64,000 nt of DNA from Octopus vulgaris (taxonomy: Eukaryota). The notes below the pieces were generated by a model that saw only the letters and a list, made by a program, of their open reading frames with translations, did no database searches and was not told the origin of the DNA. How positions within the stretch are numbered: the stretch's first letter is position 1; each line of letters starts with the position of its first letter. This document shows, in pieces, positions 25,019 to 40,624 of the stretch. Position numbers and translations under genes: made by a program. The stretch is from positions 27,280,001-27,344,000 of the forward strand of contig OX597825.1 of NCBI GenBank assembly GCA_951406725.2, in the 5' to 3' direction.

Positions 25019-27974
25019 ATGTAGGAGGGCTGCTGCGCGGAAACTGTAAAAAGAAAATTTCATTCCTGAGAGACCTTGTGACATGCAATCAAGCTATATG
25101 CATGGCACTCACAGAAACGCATCTTGAACCCGATATAGGTGATGCAGAAATACACATGCCGCAATATGCAGTCATACGCACAGATAGAAAAGGGAGGAGC
25201 CATGGTGGAGTTGCAATGTACATCCGAGATGACCTCACGCCCCAGGTCCTGCTGTCATATTCAAACTCAGTATGTGAAACTCAAATTGTACACATAAGAC
25301 AACTGAATATCGTCATATGCACTACATATCGCCCACCAGACGCCCCAAAACACTCAGGCATGTTTGAAGACTGCCTAACAAAAATAGGAGAAGTCCTCAC
25401 CAACCTTGAACAGCACAACAGTGTATTCTTCATGGGTGACTTTAACCTCCCCAATGTGGAATGGCCTGGGGGCAGATGCTCCCAGGGATGACACACCATC
25501 AGCAGGCACAGGTGGAGTCCCTGCTCCATCTCACAAATACCTCTTTCATGGAGCAAATAGTTCTGCAACCAACAAGGGCAGATAATATACTGGATCTCTG
25601 CTTTACAAACAATATGGATATTATCCATAATGTTAATGTGATGCCGACAATGATCTCGGATCACAACATAATAGAGCTGTCTACGTATGGAACAAAAGCC
25701 CCCGCAGACACACAGCCTATACGAAGCACCCACCATCTCTCCAACTTAAACTTTCATAAAGCCAACTGGAAGTCGATTGAGAAAGAGATCCTCAAACAGG
25801 ATTGGCCTGAATGTCTCTCCACACCGGACATAAACATGAAACACAAACACTTCATGTCCATAATACAAGCCATATGTGACAAATATGTCCCAATGTGCAG
25901 GGCCAGCACACACAAGAATAAAAACAGGATCCCTAGAGAAAGGAGGATTCTTATGAGACGACGGACAAGGATTGCAAACCGCCTGAGCAAGCACACCAAA
26001 AGTGGTGAGAAGTCTCGGCTCGAAAGAATGCTAATGGAAACTGAGAAAAGTCTACATCAGTCCCATGAAAAGGAGAGAGCAGATAAAGAAGCTTGGGTAA
26101 TAGAAAATATAAAATCAAACCCTAAAGCTTTCTTTAAGTTTGCCAAAGAGACAGCCACAGTGCACCAGAGAATAGGACCTCTCTTCCAAAAAGATGGCTC
26201 TCTCACAGGAAATCCCACGAGGATAAGTGAAATACTGAACGAACAGTTCCAAAGTGTATTCACTACACCTCTAGGACACAGGCAAGTAAACAACCCAGAA
26301 GAATTCTTTGCCACTTTACCAGCGGCCAAAGAGACAAAAATTGAGTACATCAACATCGAAGAAGATGATATCACACTAGCCATTGATGAGATTGACACAA
26401 ACTCAGCTGCTGGACCTGATGGATTCCCAGCGATCCTTCTCAAATCGTGCAAACGAGCCCTTGCAAAACCGCTACAGCTTCTTTTTCAGAGCTTTCTTGC
26501 AAGTGGTAAGCTCCCAGTCAAACTGAAAGAGGGGGTAATATGCCCTATCCATAAGGGAGGTAGCAGAGCAGATGCTAAAAATTATAGGCCTATCTCTCTG
26601 ACCTCACACATCAGCAAAGTCATGGAACGAATAGTCCGTAAGAAACTAATCATGTTCCTTGAAGAAAATGACTTACTGTCTGACACCCAGCATGGATTTC
26701 GACCAGGTAGAGGCTGCCTAACACAGCTCCTGCAACACTATGACTGGGTGTTGAAACAGCTACTAAATGGCTCAAATGTGGATGTAATATATCTTGACTT
26801 TGCAAAAGCCTTTGATAAAGTCGACCATGGTATGATCTGTCACAAACTGCGTGGTCTCGGCATAGGCGGGAAACTTGGAGAGTGGCTGCACAACTTCCTA
26901 AAAGACAGAAAACAGGCAGTTGTGAGCAATGGAGCCACCTCCAGGGAAACGCAAATAACAAGCGGTGTCCCACAGGGCACTGTCTTGGGGCCACTGATGT
27001 TCATAGTGGCCCTTTCAGACATGCCTTCAGTTGCTACGATGACCACCCTTGCTAGCTATGCAGATGACACAAAGGTCTCCCACGCAATACAGAACCCTGA
27101 AAATATTGCGCATCTGCAACATGAGCTGGACACAATATACAGGTGGGCTGAGGACAACAACATGCAGTTTAATGCAGGTAAGTTCCAGGCCCTGCGCTAC
27201 TGGCACACAAAGGTAAATGACGTGAAGACTGGATACACTGGCCCAGGAAGAATTGCAATCCCTGAGTCAAAATCAGTGCGTGACCTGGGCATTGACATGA
27301 GCAATGATGCATCTTTCCAAATGCATATTGCTAATCTGGTGATAAAATGCAGACGGCTAGCTGGATGGATTCTCCGAACTTTCAGAACAAGAGAGAAGGA
27401 GACACTGATGGTCCTATGGAAAACATTTGTCCTCAGCCGCTTGGACTACTGCTCCCAACTTTGGTCACCACACAATATAAAACAAACAGCAGAACTCGAA
27501 GCAACTCAGAGAAGCTACACAAAGAAAATCGTCTCAATGCAAAATGTCAGCTACTGGGAAAGACTGAAGGTATTAAACCTCTTCTCCCTGGAGCGGAGGC
27601 GGGAGAGATATGCAGTAATATACATCTGGAAAATCCTGGAGGGTCTTGTCCCAAACTTTGGCATTCAAAGTTACTCCAACCGCAGAACGGGGCGCCGCTG
27701 CGTGGTGCCAAGGATTCCAACATCACCATCAAAATACAGGTCCAGATACTGCAACAGCTTGGGTTTCAGAGGACCACAGCTTTTCAACATCCTCCCTAAA
27801 TGCCTGAGAGACTTACATGGTGTGGATGTGGGTTTCTTTAAAACTAAACTGGATCTCTTCTTGTTGGGAGTCCCAGATGAACCTACCTCACGACAGGAGA
27901 CACGGATGCGGGCAGCAGCATCGAACTCCCTTGTTGATCAAGTGCCACGTATCAGAGGTGGATTCACAAACTAG
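24964..27974 (+). CDS. LINE ORF2: APE endonuclease plus reverse transcriptase; one frameshift near the G5 run 25468-25472
   Basis: APE motifs LLNVGGL, LTETHL, RTDR..GGVAMYI, YRPP, GDFNLP, NILDLCF, SDHN; RT motifs NYRPISLTS, QHGFRPGR, YLDFAKAFDKVDH, GVPQGTVLGP, YADD; CR1-type C-terminus SYWERL...SLERRR. Corrected length 1003 aa. Confidence 0.95.
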
Positions 27975-27987
27975 TGTGGCTCATTCA

Positions 27988-28774
<787 letters not shown>

Positions 28775-30879
28775 ATATATGGGAACAGTCTGCCCATAAT
28801 AGTGCTTATCCGCACAGTTCTGTTCAAAGCTAACTCTCTTCAGTTCCTTCAGAAAGCCTTTTATGCAAGTTTTATACCCTTTTCTTTAATTGTCGTGAAG
28901 ATGAAATGGCGTCAGCATTTTTGCTATCAGTACTCTTAAATACGCGCGCAAAAACATATATATATACATCTATATATACTTGTGTGCATGAATGTATACA
29001 TGCATATATGTATGTGTTACTTACGAACGTATGTATGCATGCATGTATGTATATATGTATGCATGCATTTATGTATGTAAGGCAGGATAAATGAAATGCG
29101 TTTATGAGATTTATTGTCCCATGTGATTAAATGGAAAATTATTGGAAGACACCACAGAATGATAAAAATTCTACAAGATGGAATTCGTGGTGCACAAATC
29201 TTAATCCTGTTCCATGAGTTACAGTTGTTGCCGATGTTATTGCCTAGAGAATGTTACTACAAAAGAAACAAATTGAAGCGAATCATATTCAAAACTACAC
29301 AGCAAAATAATATCTGAGTAGAAATTTATCTTATATTACATCATGTACTAGTGTTTCCTGCCCTCTGCCTTTCGAGAATTTAGAATACTCTAGACGACTT
29401 CAGAGCGGATCTTAGTTTAGAGAAATTTGTAGCAAAATGCCAGAATAATACAGAAATAAATAAAAAAAAATCATCCAATATTGGTAAATTATTCCTTGTA
29501 AGTGTAAATGTTTCCTAAACAGGCTTTTAGAAAACACTAAAAATAATAAATCTTGCACTTATATGTTTCTTCCTTTATGACGCTAAGCAGATGAAAAATA
29601 AACGTGGCACACTATATCCGATATTATTCTAAGATTATCTGCCTATTACCTAGATGCTTGTAAACTGAGGTAATGCTGAATTTAGTAAATAGCTTAGATA
29701 CTAACGTAACGAGTAGTTCAGTTCTTAATGTATGTTTACCAATCAATACTCCAATACATTATCGACTAAGCTATTGCTCTTTTATGTTATTGGTAAATCA
29801 AGTGTAATGATAGCAAAGCGGTTGAAGGTGCTCTGAAAAATAGACAATAACGTATCGACGAGTTGCCATGCGAATGTAGTGAAAACATATGACTTATGGC
29901 GATCACCATGAAAAAGTTGTTTCTCAGTTGATAGTAACGTAATACATCTGGTGTGTAGTGGACAAGGATGAATTTTAATCTCACGCTGAACATTGGCATA
30001 TAACTGAGGAAAAGAGAAACAATGTTGAAATAGTAATACATTTCTCTTTCGAAATGGGAATTTTATATATCGCATTAGAACATCAATAAAGTTTCATGAC
30101 ATTGTGTAATGGAATTGCAACAGCAGGTGGTGAATAATTTTGAATTACATCGACGTTTAACGCTCTAAACGATAAAGAGTGTAAGAGGCGTAGGCGTATT
30201 TATCTGTCGACTTCCATCAATTCTCTCTTTGTCTATTTATCTTTTATGCACGCAAACAGACATACACATATACATGCACATGTATAAGTACCCTCGTACA
30301 TGCATACATATATACATACACGCATACATGCATACATACATATATACATATATACATACATACATACATTCATGCTTACATACTTCTCTGATGTTCACTG
30401 CTTAGCTCTGGCAGAGACAAAGCTGATCCTCAAATGCAGAACCACCCACATAGCAAAAGACTGCCGGCCAATTGCATGCCAAAACTTAATGTATATGATA
30501 TATACAGCATGTTCAAACCTCTTCGTCCAAGACAACAGTGAGAGTAATGATATCATCACAGTAGAAATAGCAGTTGGAAGAAGGGAGTCTAAGCATGTGC
30601 CGAGCAATTGTTAATAAACAAAACTGTAATGTCAGAGTTGTGGGAGCAAAGATGGAAACTAGTCTCAATGTGGCTAGACTAATAGAAACCTTAAATACAT
30701 GCCCAAAATGTCGCCCGACTCCACCGCAACATATCAGATGAAAGGATGAGCGTATATGATCAGAACATCATGCATGGATATATTAGTAGAAACCACTGAC
30801 ATGAGAGTAACATTGATTATCAAAGCAGTCTATCATAGACCAATAATCGGAGTACCACCTCCCACTGTGAAGGGTATGC

Positions 30880-31565
30880 GTTTGCAAACCAGAGTAAAAA
30901 ATGCCAACCAAGTATTTTATGCAAGAAAGGGACACAGATGCAAGAAATGCGGCAAAATATGACAATCGATGCAGACTTTGTGGAGTTAACACCGAAGATA
31001 TCACCCCGACCATAAGTAGTTGTCCGAAAATGCCATCACGGTATTATCTGCCGATGAGACGCAATGTTGCAGATAAAGCACTATAGAACAAGATCTGTCG
31101 AAAGGATAATTCTAAGGATAAAGAAATAAGAACCCACAGTATGCTGAAAGTCATAGCCACTCAAAATAAAAAAAACACAATAGTGATAGAACGCCCCAGT
31201 GAAAACCTGAATAAAATGCAAACGCGATAGGCTTGATATAATGATTTGGAACTGAGACGAGAAGCTGTTTGCTGTTGTGAAAATTAGCTGCCTAGCGGAT
31301 GGTAACAGAAATTTGAAAATCAATGAAAAAGAAAATACCAACGCTGAACTATTGAGAAATGTGCAGTTACTGTAGCCAGTTTACAAGTTCAGATTTATAC
31401 CTGTAATTATTGGAACACTAGGATATGTAACACACTGCATAAATACCAATCTTGAGAAGTTAGGCTGCTTAAAACCAGAAAAGCGAAACCTGATTCTATG
31501 ACTACAAATCCCAGATATCACTGGAGCTGCAAATGTCTGTAAAGCTTTCAAGACGTTTATCATTT
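30880..31565 (+). pseudogene. Degraded RLE-type non-LTR retrotransposon 3' part (distinct family)
   Basis: CRLCGVNTEDITPTISSCPKMPSRYYLPMR (zinc knuckle); R.DIMIWN..EK...VVKISC.AD...KINEKENT.AELLRN; FIPVIIGTLG. Confidence 0.7.
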
Positions 31566-32987
31566 AAACATATAGGAACATATCTAGTTGTGCAAGTATG
31601 CGCACGATGAAAAAAATGCATAAAACAAAACATACAATTTTGCACGTATACATACATATATACATACATACAAAAATACCGTTGTTTGAATTTCGAATAC
31701 AGCAATCTTGGAGCTATGTTTGAAATCGGCTCTTTCTCTATTGGCAAGGAATATTGAAATAAAACTGAATAATGATATATATATATATATTAATCAGGTC
31801 ACAACGATCATAGTGAGGAAGAGACTGAGAGAGGGAAGGACAAGATGTTAATGACATAGTACTGGATTCTTGATTTGCTGTGTTTAGTATGCTTATAGAA
31901 CGTTTACATGTCTAGACATTAAATTACGATGTTACAATATGTTTATAAATTTTATTGAAATAATACCTGCAGGTATATACGATATATGCATCTACTTGTT
32001 AAATTCTATATTTGAAAAGCATTTATGGGTTCCTTCCTACAATATAAAATATGAGAAATGCTTTGAAGAATGTGGTTAATAACATGCATAGAGGAAGAGG
32101 CTATGATGTTAAGAAATAAGACTTTAACTGTTAAGTTAATAACCAAAATTGAGATGTGATTGATTATTTTTATTGCTATGCCCTTGTCATATATATCATA
32201 CTTCTAGTTTTCAGAAACACATGAAGATGGTGCACCAGCATTGCAGCAATGCAATGACTGCAATAAGTAAAATAAAAACGCGAAAAATGGTAGCTTCTTC
32301 TTTTTGTCGTGAAGTTTTGAGTTTAGTTTTATATTTTACATTCATAGAAATATGTTAATTTCTGTATGACAATGTTCTTTATCCCACATAGTACTCAACC
32401 GATGTCATAACAAACGATATATAGAAATTATAACAGAAGATGAATGAATAAAATATGGCAAATAAACGAACGTCGATCATCGCCGTCTTGTCTTTCAAAT
32501 ATAACCACTCCTTGAGAAATAAATTGAAAACTAAAATTTTCTAATATAAATAATACAATATATTTATTGAATAATGTCATGTCGAGCGTACTTTTGCATT
32601 GGTTGCTGCAAATATTATATTCGTTAAAGACTTGTAGCTGATTATTTGCTATGAGAATTGATATAACAAAATCTAATTTGCTGAAGGTGTACTCGAGAAA
32701 AATTTATATGGGCGTGCCGAAACCGCAGGCATTCATTATCTTTTCATGAAATCTAATGAATCTGAAGCTATGATTCTACACATTTTAATTGCTCTAAGAT
32801 ATGTTAGAATAAAATCCATAATCTGTATATGAAAAATTTAGAAAATAAAGATATATGTTATATATTTTTGATACAATTTATACGAATGTAATGTACCTGA
32901 AGCGATTATTCTGACCATTTTGATTGTTGTATGACACTGGGTTAAAAACCAACATATATAAAATGAAAATGATTGCATACGTATTAT

Positions 32988-33018
<31 letters not shown>

Positions 33019-36000
33019 TAGTAGATATGAAGAAATAAATTATTTTAAAACACCCAATTATATTATAATTCCATATGGACGTGATTTGAAGATATGAATC
33101 AATCGAAACAATCAGTAATACCCGTAGAAATATTAAAGAAAAATAGAATGTTTAGCAATGATATGAATGCCTGTTAACCTGCAGCGTTTTCTGGCAATTT
33201 GTCAACGCTTACGTTAAAAAGTGGCTGGACATGATATGAAACTCTAAGAAGAGAAAAATGACTGCTATGAAAACTAATATGAAATCAGTGGGAGTTATTA
33301 TATGATGGTGCAACTGTATTGATAATGTGCACTTTTGAGGCAGAACGCCGTCGTTTGAAAGAGCCTATAATAAATATATATATCGATAATTGTTTCAAAA
33401 CTCAACAATTATAATCCAAGCAGATCTCCACTATTTAAATGACAATTTACAAATGTTATTGGGTTAGAGACGAGACCAAGTCAAACCAAAACGGGTTCTT
33501 AATTTTGATTCTATACAAATAATACAACAACGGTAGTAGTTGAATAATATTCTTAAGGCAAAAATTTACTCACACGCAGCAGTATATTTCAGAGCTTGTC
33601 GCTAATTCAGTTCTTAAACAAATTGGAAATTGTTGACATTTTTGATGAGCGCTGGTCCCTAGCTTCATCTTCACATTAAGTAATTGAGATTCCATCCAAT
33701 AGAAAAAGGTTTACATCAAACGTTTTAGCAATGTTATTGGAGTGTATGTAACTCCTCCTATCACGTTTAGATCTAAATACCTTTTTTATTTTAAAAATAA
33801 ACTATATTTTAACTAAGCTTAAATTATAGAGCTCAATTCGAGGAATTTCATAGTATCAATCTCATGCAATGAAGTTTCAAATGAAAAGAGTTATGAGTGC
33901 TTGTTTCTCAAATTTGAGTGTGATGATATATTTCTATCCATTTTTAATGAATATACGGGGACTTTTAATATATGTCACCAGCATCATTGAGGTAAGAAGA
34001 CAATTATCAATGACACCGCTAATTGGTACATTTGGCATATTCTTAATTAGCATAATAACATGGCCTGGAAAAACATGGTTTACATGGGAATATGCGAGCA
34101 AGAAAAATATTATTCATAAAATCATAAACCTGGAAAAGTACACGATAAGTTATTATACTTGGAAAAGTTCAAGACAAGTTATTACATCTACTAAATTACA
34201 GAACGAGAATCTTTTACTTAAAATATTGCAGCTAAGGATAAAATATGAATATTAAAATTTATTTGTTTTTAATTTAAAAAGTAACATTATAATTTTAAAA
34301 GAGTACCATAATTTTGTTAAAATAGTCAAACATTACAATACTTAGCTAAAGTTTTTTGCAAAGTAGAATAGTATATATATGGTAGGCAAACTCCATGTAA
34401 AAAATAGTCATTGCGTCAAAACTAAAAATGTGAAGACTTGACAATAACAGGTAAGAACTCAAGCAAACTTTACTGTGAATTTGTTGTTATAGGTATATTT
34501 TACTGTGATATATAACTAATTTTTGTATTATTATATTTATTGTACTAACTAATTGTACTACAATTAATTTTTTATAATTTATTTTCAAATTTCTAATTAG
34601 TAATTGATAATTAAAAAATAATGTTTTTAAAGGGCAAAAAATATTTTGAATTATTTTAGAATTTTTAATAGAAGTAATAAGTAATAAAAATTACAAGTAA
34701 TAACTATTAATAACATTCTTAGTGTTAACAAAGCTGGTATTATTCACTAAACCTAAATATTTTTATTTGAAATTTTAACCTTCACTGCAGAATTTTAAGT
34801 AAAATTGTTCTTCTTCTGTACTTTACCGGATGTAACAACTTGTCATAAACTTTACCAAGTGTAATACCTTGTCCTGTACTTTTCCATATTTATGGTCTTG
34901 AGAATATCATTTCTCTTGCTCGCATTTTTCCATATAAAATGAAATAAGACTGAGAAAACTACGATAAATTTTGAAGGTGTATTACGGAGTGAAACGTTAT
35001 AGAATAATTTGCAAATCATTCAGCACATTTGTCAATTCCATTCATGTTGACTAATAGTAAATTTAATGATAACTTCATAGTTATTAATTCTATAATTGCT
35101 CTCTATGAACATAAATATCAAGGTTACTGATATAGGGTGACACGGTACGAATATATTAGCAGTTCTTAATCGTTACCTAAAACCCATTTGTTCTAACCCT
35201 AACTGATGCACAACGACATTAAATACATTTTAATATTTTTAATGCAATTTTTGGCTTGCATTATGTGCTTAATATTTTGAATATCACATTGAATGTGATT
35301 ATAATCTATGACCGTTTTTTAGTAGATTTTGAGAATGCAAAGAAAGGCAAGAAAACTGGCACAATGAGGATAAGGTCTCATAAGATGTAAAGAATGTCAT
35401 AATAAGTAGAAAATTTAGAAATATATTAGTTCAATTTGATAAACCTGCAGTTCCTTTCTCCTGTCAAAACCTTCCCATTGGTTCTTAAATTAAATTATTT
35501 TCCTATAAATTCCTTTCTAAAATGTTTCTTTCAAATTCCCTGTATGTTCATGACATGTCTATGTAAAAGAGTTTTAACTTAGTTACCCTTCGCCAGTTAT
35601 TGTAGTGTCGCCATATTTATGACGATACTTGTTTACACTATAATTGTGTGGTAATATTAAAATATATAACGAAGCAGGGTAACAACAATGTAGCAATCTA
35701 ACCAACTCTCCGTGAACTATACACATACTAACAAACGATATTCCGACAAACTACCAAAGCGACACCTTACGACTTCCTGCGATTAATGCCCATTCCCTTT
35801 GTTTCTCACTCGGACCGCTACTATTTATTGCCTTTCGGTCAAGTCTATTCTCGCAGAGGGTGTCGTGACTCTCGCCACAACAAAAAGAAATAATTTGTTG
35901 GCGCAGTGCTATACCTTTTGATTGTATATTAAGTGATCCCATGTCGATAATCGGAGCAAAAGATATTTAATGAACCTATCTATCATCCTTCAAAAGTAGG

Positions 36001-38544
36001 TGTCGACATAAGCTATTTATTCTCTAAAAAAAATAATTGTTTATAATTCTCATTATTCAAATAAGTGAACCGTGCATAGATGTTACCAGATAGATTGAAC
36101 AGCTCAAAGTCAAGTCAACTTTACTTGAACTGTTAGCCTTGTTTCACCGTTGAAAGATCATGGACAGCTCGATACATCTACAAACAAGCAGCCGCATCAT
36201 TTGCTACAATACCTTTAGACTTATGATATTTTACGAAAATAATGCAAATTAAACGTTAAAATTACTATTCGACCGACTTCGGTTCTTGCTTATGAATGTC
36301 TCAAAGCTAATGTTACTTTCCTTTAGGACGTTAGCCATATATTAACCATGTGCTCCCCAACTAGCAAAACAAAAGCAACAAAATGATTGATGATTTTGTA
36401 ATGTCCAGTTTCAATCTGTTCTGGGAATAATAATTAATTTCGAAAAGAGTTTTATACCACTATTTTATGCTTTTAAATAATTATTGCATTCCCCTGTCAC
36501 CTTTGCAAAATATTGTTCCGTGTCAACGAATGTAGTTAAATAACACAGACTGTAATCGATATGTTCAAGGGTGTCTATTTAGAAAATTCTACTTAAACTT
36601 AGAAACCTCATTGTTTTCTGTTTCGATTATAGACAGTTTAGAAGCGTCAAAAAAACGAGCATTACTATATTAAGCATTATATATATCTATAAATTTAAAT
36701 TATTAGAAAATTTGTTTATTAACAATTCTTTGCAAGTGCAAATGTTGAAGAACGACTAAATATTCAAGAGTGCTATATGTATCTATTTTTCAAATGTATT
36801 AAATGTCTAATTAAGATGAAATATATTCAAAGAGTGCTCTAACTCTGTCTTGTTAGATATCAAGTTATTATCGGTTTTTCCCTTTTTTTGTGAAGTATAG
36901 ATTTTATTTTCTAACAGAGGGTAGCTAGTTTTCAGACTATAAAGTTAAGAATTTCCCTAAGCGACAACATGTTTTAGACTTCACTGAACGGTAAATTAGG
37001 TAAGTGCCATCTACCATAGTCCATGGAGAACGAATGGCTTGTAAATGAAATAAGTCAGGGAAACTGCAAAAGCAGGCAGAATATGTGTGTGTGTGTGTGT
37101 GTGACTGTGTGCGTGTGTTTGTGTGTACATGCGTACGTGTGAGTCTATTAGGGTGTCCTAGTGTATGTCTCTACACCCCTTAAGAATAGTTGTTAGTTTG
37201 TTTAGGTTACAGAAACATAGTCGGAGTATGGCTGCTCTGCAACAACAGCCAATGAATATAGTTGAAGAGAGAAAGAATTGACTGCACGTAAATAAGGGAA
37301 CGAGTCACCTAAGGAAATCCAATGTGGACGTAACAAACAACTTACAGTTACATTCTATGAGTGTCTATCGCTCATTCTATAAGAATGTCCTAACGATATA
37401 CTCATTGCAGTTTAAGAAACAAGTTTATAAGCACAGTACAATCTGTAGTTTTACAGACATACACATGAAACTCTTTGGCAGTTTGTGTTTATTCTTGTCC
37501 GGGACTTGGCGAGGTACCAAGTTTAAAGACGATTAATCTTTAGATTTGTAATTGCTCCATGTCACTAGAGATATGGCAAATAAACATAACTTACTTTATT
37601 ACAAAGTACTAATTTCAAACGTTTGCCTACTGCTGCTTTGGAAATATGATAAATATATTTTACAGTTCTGCTAGTTCTACTTATGGAGCCGCGACTATGA
37701 TGGTGTGCTGCCTTGTTGATTTAATAGAAGAAATCGACGTATCTTTAAGTCTAATACTTGTCAAAACACCTGTGTCTTTTAACAAAACGTTTAGATACGC
37801 CTTAGTAAAGAATGCAAAACCGATTATCAATCCTAGGAGAGTGCAAACAGAAGCACAATGACACATACATACATGCATATATGCATACACAAACACACAC
37901 ATATTCGTTCGCATACCCGTTAAACCTGATTGCCTACCGTAAAATATAAAAAAGACTATTTTCAAGTTATCGTAATTCGATAAGAAAACATCCGCAACCT
38001 ACCGTCTCAATTAACGACTGTTATCCCTGAAAGTGTTTTTTAGTATTTTTTACCACGGATTGATTGAAATTTTGAGGTGTTTCTATTATTTTGCCCAACA
38101 CCTGTAATGCATATATAAATCCGTGCGTGTATATAGTATGGGTTCTGCATACTTTCTCTATAACAAATTAGCTAAGAAGTGATTAGCCTTCCCATGGCTT
38201 CAGTCGAGAAGCACATGTCTACAGATCAGCGCAATGGAGCTAAACCCAAAATTCATACATGCAAGGGACAATTCTAACTATACACAAGTCAGAATTTCAT
38301 TGTTATTGATTAAAATTGATGTTTGTTTCTCTTTCTATGAGGCTGAGAGAAAATACATGTTATTCTGAAAATTGAAATGAGATTTTGGGCTTACATCAAC
38401 AAGGGAAAAAAGTGTTAGAACTAAAATTTGAGGCACATAATAGTTTTAGCATCATTTGAAGTTTACTTTATCTTTTTACAATACTGACTCAATAAACCAT
38501 TGATATTATTGATACAGCTTAATTTTTGTATATTATTTGTGGGA

Positions 38545-39160
38545 ATAATGTCATTTATAGCTGTTTTCGATTTAGTTTGGAGTCCTTGCCATCAAATTTG
38601 AATTCTTTGCAATCAAATTTGAATTCTTTTCAATCAAATTTGAATTCTTCAATTGTTGCTCTAGCCTTGAAAAAAATAGAGTTAAACTACATCAGCCGTA
38701 AGGGAATACATGTCTATCTTATCTAACTCGTCCAGTGGAGCCCACAAATTGATATCTGATAAGTTCGATGAAATAACTCATAAACACTGTGATAGCTTCT
38801 ACCAAAATATGCTCCGTTACATCGACTGGTCTGAACAAGGGGAGATAATAGAAAAAGAATCATTCGTTGATTATCTCCCCTTGTTCAGACAGGTCGACGT
38901 AACGGAGCATGTTTTGGTAGAAGCTATCACAGTGTTCATGAGTTATTTCATCGAACTTATCAGATATCAATTGGTGGGCTCTACTGGGACGAGTTAGATA
39001 AGATAGACATGTATTCCCTTACAGCTGAAGTAGTTTAACTCTATTTTTTTTTTGCAAGTCTTGAGTGCCAAGTGAAAAATTCAAATTTGATTGCAAATAA
39101 TTCAAATTTGATGGCAAAGAATCCAAATTAGCTCTAAAACATCTATATATTTTATTTCCA
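38545..39160. repeat. Long inverted repeat (~300 bp arms, 20 nt loop at 38850-38869); foldback/MITE-like
   Basis: Arms are near-exact reverse complements, e.g. GGGAATACATGTCTATCTTATCTAACTCGTCC / GGACGAGTTAGATAAGATAGACATGTATTCCC. Confidence 0.95.
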
Positions 39161-39269
39161 TCGTTCTCTGTTATCACGTTTTTAAACGTTGTTATCGAAG
39201 TTCGACAAACAATTGAAAGAGTGCATGAAATCATAAATCATTTTCTTTTAATATTCGTTTCAAATCATA

Positions 39270-39590
39270 GCGTAAGTCCAGAAATTTCGGATGTGGGATT
39301 AAATCGATTCCATTGACACCGGTGTTCGACTGGCATGACTGAAAGACAAAGTCGACACCAGCAGAATTTGAACTCAGAAAGAAAACATGGACGAAATGCC
39401 GCTAGCCGCTTTGCCCGCGTGTAATAATGATTCTACTGACTACGCGACTTTCTGATATGCTCGTTTCAAAATTTTACCTAATGCCTACAATTTTAATGGA
39501 GGGGATACATTTACTACATTGAGCCCTGGACAAAATACCACTAAGCATTTCGGCCGGTGTGCTAACGACTCTGCTCTCTCACCGCCTTAC
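39270..39590 (-). mobile_element. Degenerate family M SINE copies
   Basis: AAAGTCGACACCAGCAGAATTTGAACTCAGAA...GACGAAATGCCGCTA; second head AAATACCACTAAGCATTTCG. Confidence 0.7.
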
Positions 39591-40439
39591 TGATAATAAG
39601 TAAATATTGTAATATTTTGTTGACTGACTAAAATTGACATTCACAATCATTTTCTATATATAAATACAACTTTCATTTTTTTTCTTTTTGTCCCCAAGAT
39701 ATATGACATCATAGGAAATAATCTAAAGTTTAACATTAAACGTGTGCGCGTGTGTTAGTCCTCCATTGGCATCTAATGCTTACACGTTCTCTCTCTCTCT
39801 TTCTCTCTCTTGCTCTTATCTGCTCTCTCTCACCCTCCCTCTCTCTCCCTGCAAGTATCATTTTCCTGTCAGTGATTATTTAATTCTCTTCCGCAAATAT
39901 AGCCATCGCCATTGTTCTAATGAACCCTCAACAGTTGTATCACATAACCTAATCTCATTTCTATTTATTTGTTATCGTGCCCAAAAACATATGATCTGAA
40001 TTCTAGTAAATATAGCAATTATCCTGATATTAAGATTATTAATTACCCATTAGATGTTTTTCTAATCTTATCTCTTTCTAACTCTTAACATACTGAATAG
40101 TAATTACGTCCTTTACACACATACGCCCGCATATGCGCGCACACATATATGTGTATAAATATATACATATATATATGTTTGTAGAGATATATTTATCTAT
40201 CTTTCCATCTATGTACCAATCTATAGATTGGTCTATTTAACTATATATCTATCTGCCTGTCTGTCTGTCTCTCTCTCTATCTTTCTTTCTCTCTCTCTCT
40301 CTCTGTATATATATATATATATATATATTTACCTACCTATTTTCTATCTACGTACCTATCTATACATCTGTCTGTTTGTCTGCCTGTCCGTTTATCTGTC
40401 AGTATCTCAGTCTGTCTGTCTATTTATCTATCTATACAT

Positions 40440-40610
40440 GTGCATGTGTGTGTATGTATGTGTTGGTATGTCTTTCTAATTTTGTTTGTCCCTACCACAG
40501 CTTCAAAAACGATATTATCCCCTTTACGCCCCCTCAGTGTACAGAGTCTACAAAAAAGACCAACAAAGTAAGTACCAGGCTCAAATAAATGTCCTGGGGG
40601 CGATTTCTTC
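40440..40610 (+). mobile_element. 3' half of family C SINE, degenerate
   Basis: GTTTGTCCCTACCACAGCTT...TAAGTACCAGGCT...GTCCTGGGG.CGATTTCTTC, similar to 54500-54625. Confidence 0.5.
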
Positions 40611-40624
40611 TCTTAATTTTTATG

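Noticed and set aside
24113-27799. Antisense and alternate-frame ORFs inside the LINE
   Set aside because: Shadow ORFs of a GC-richer coding region; no motifs.
38710-38997. 95-aa ORF across the large hairpin
   Set aside because: Spans the palindrome centre with no homology cue; most simply incidental.
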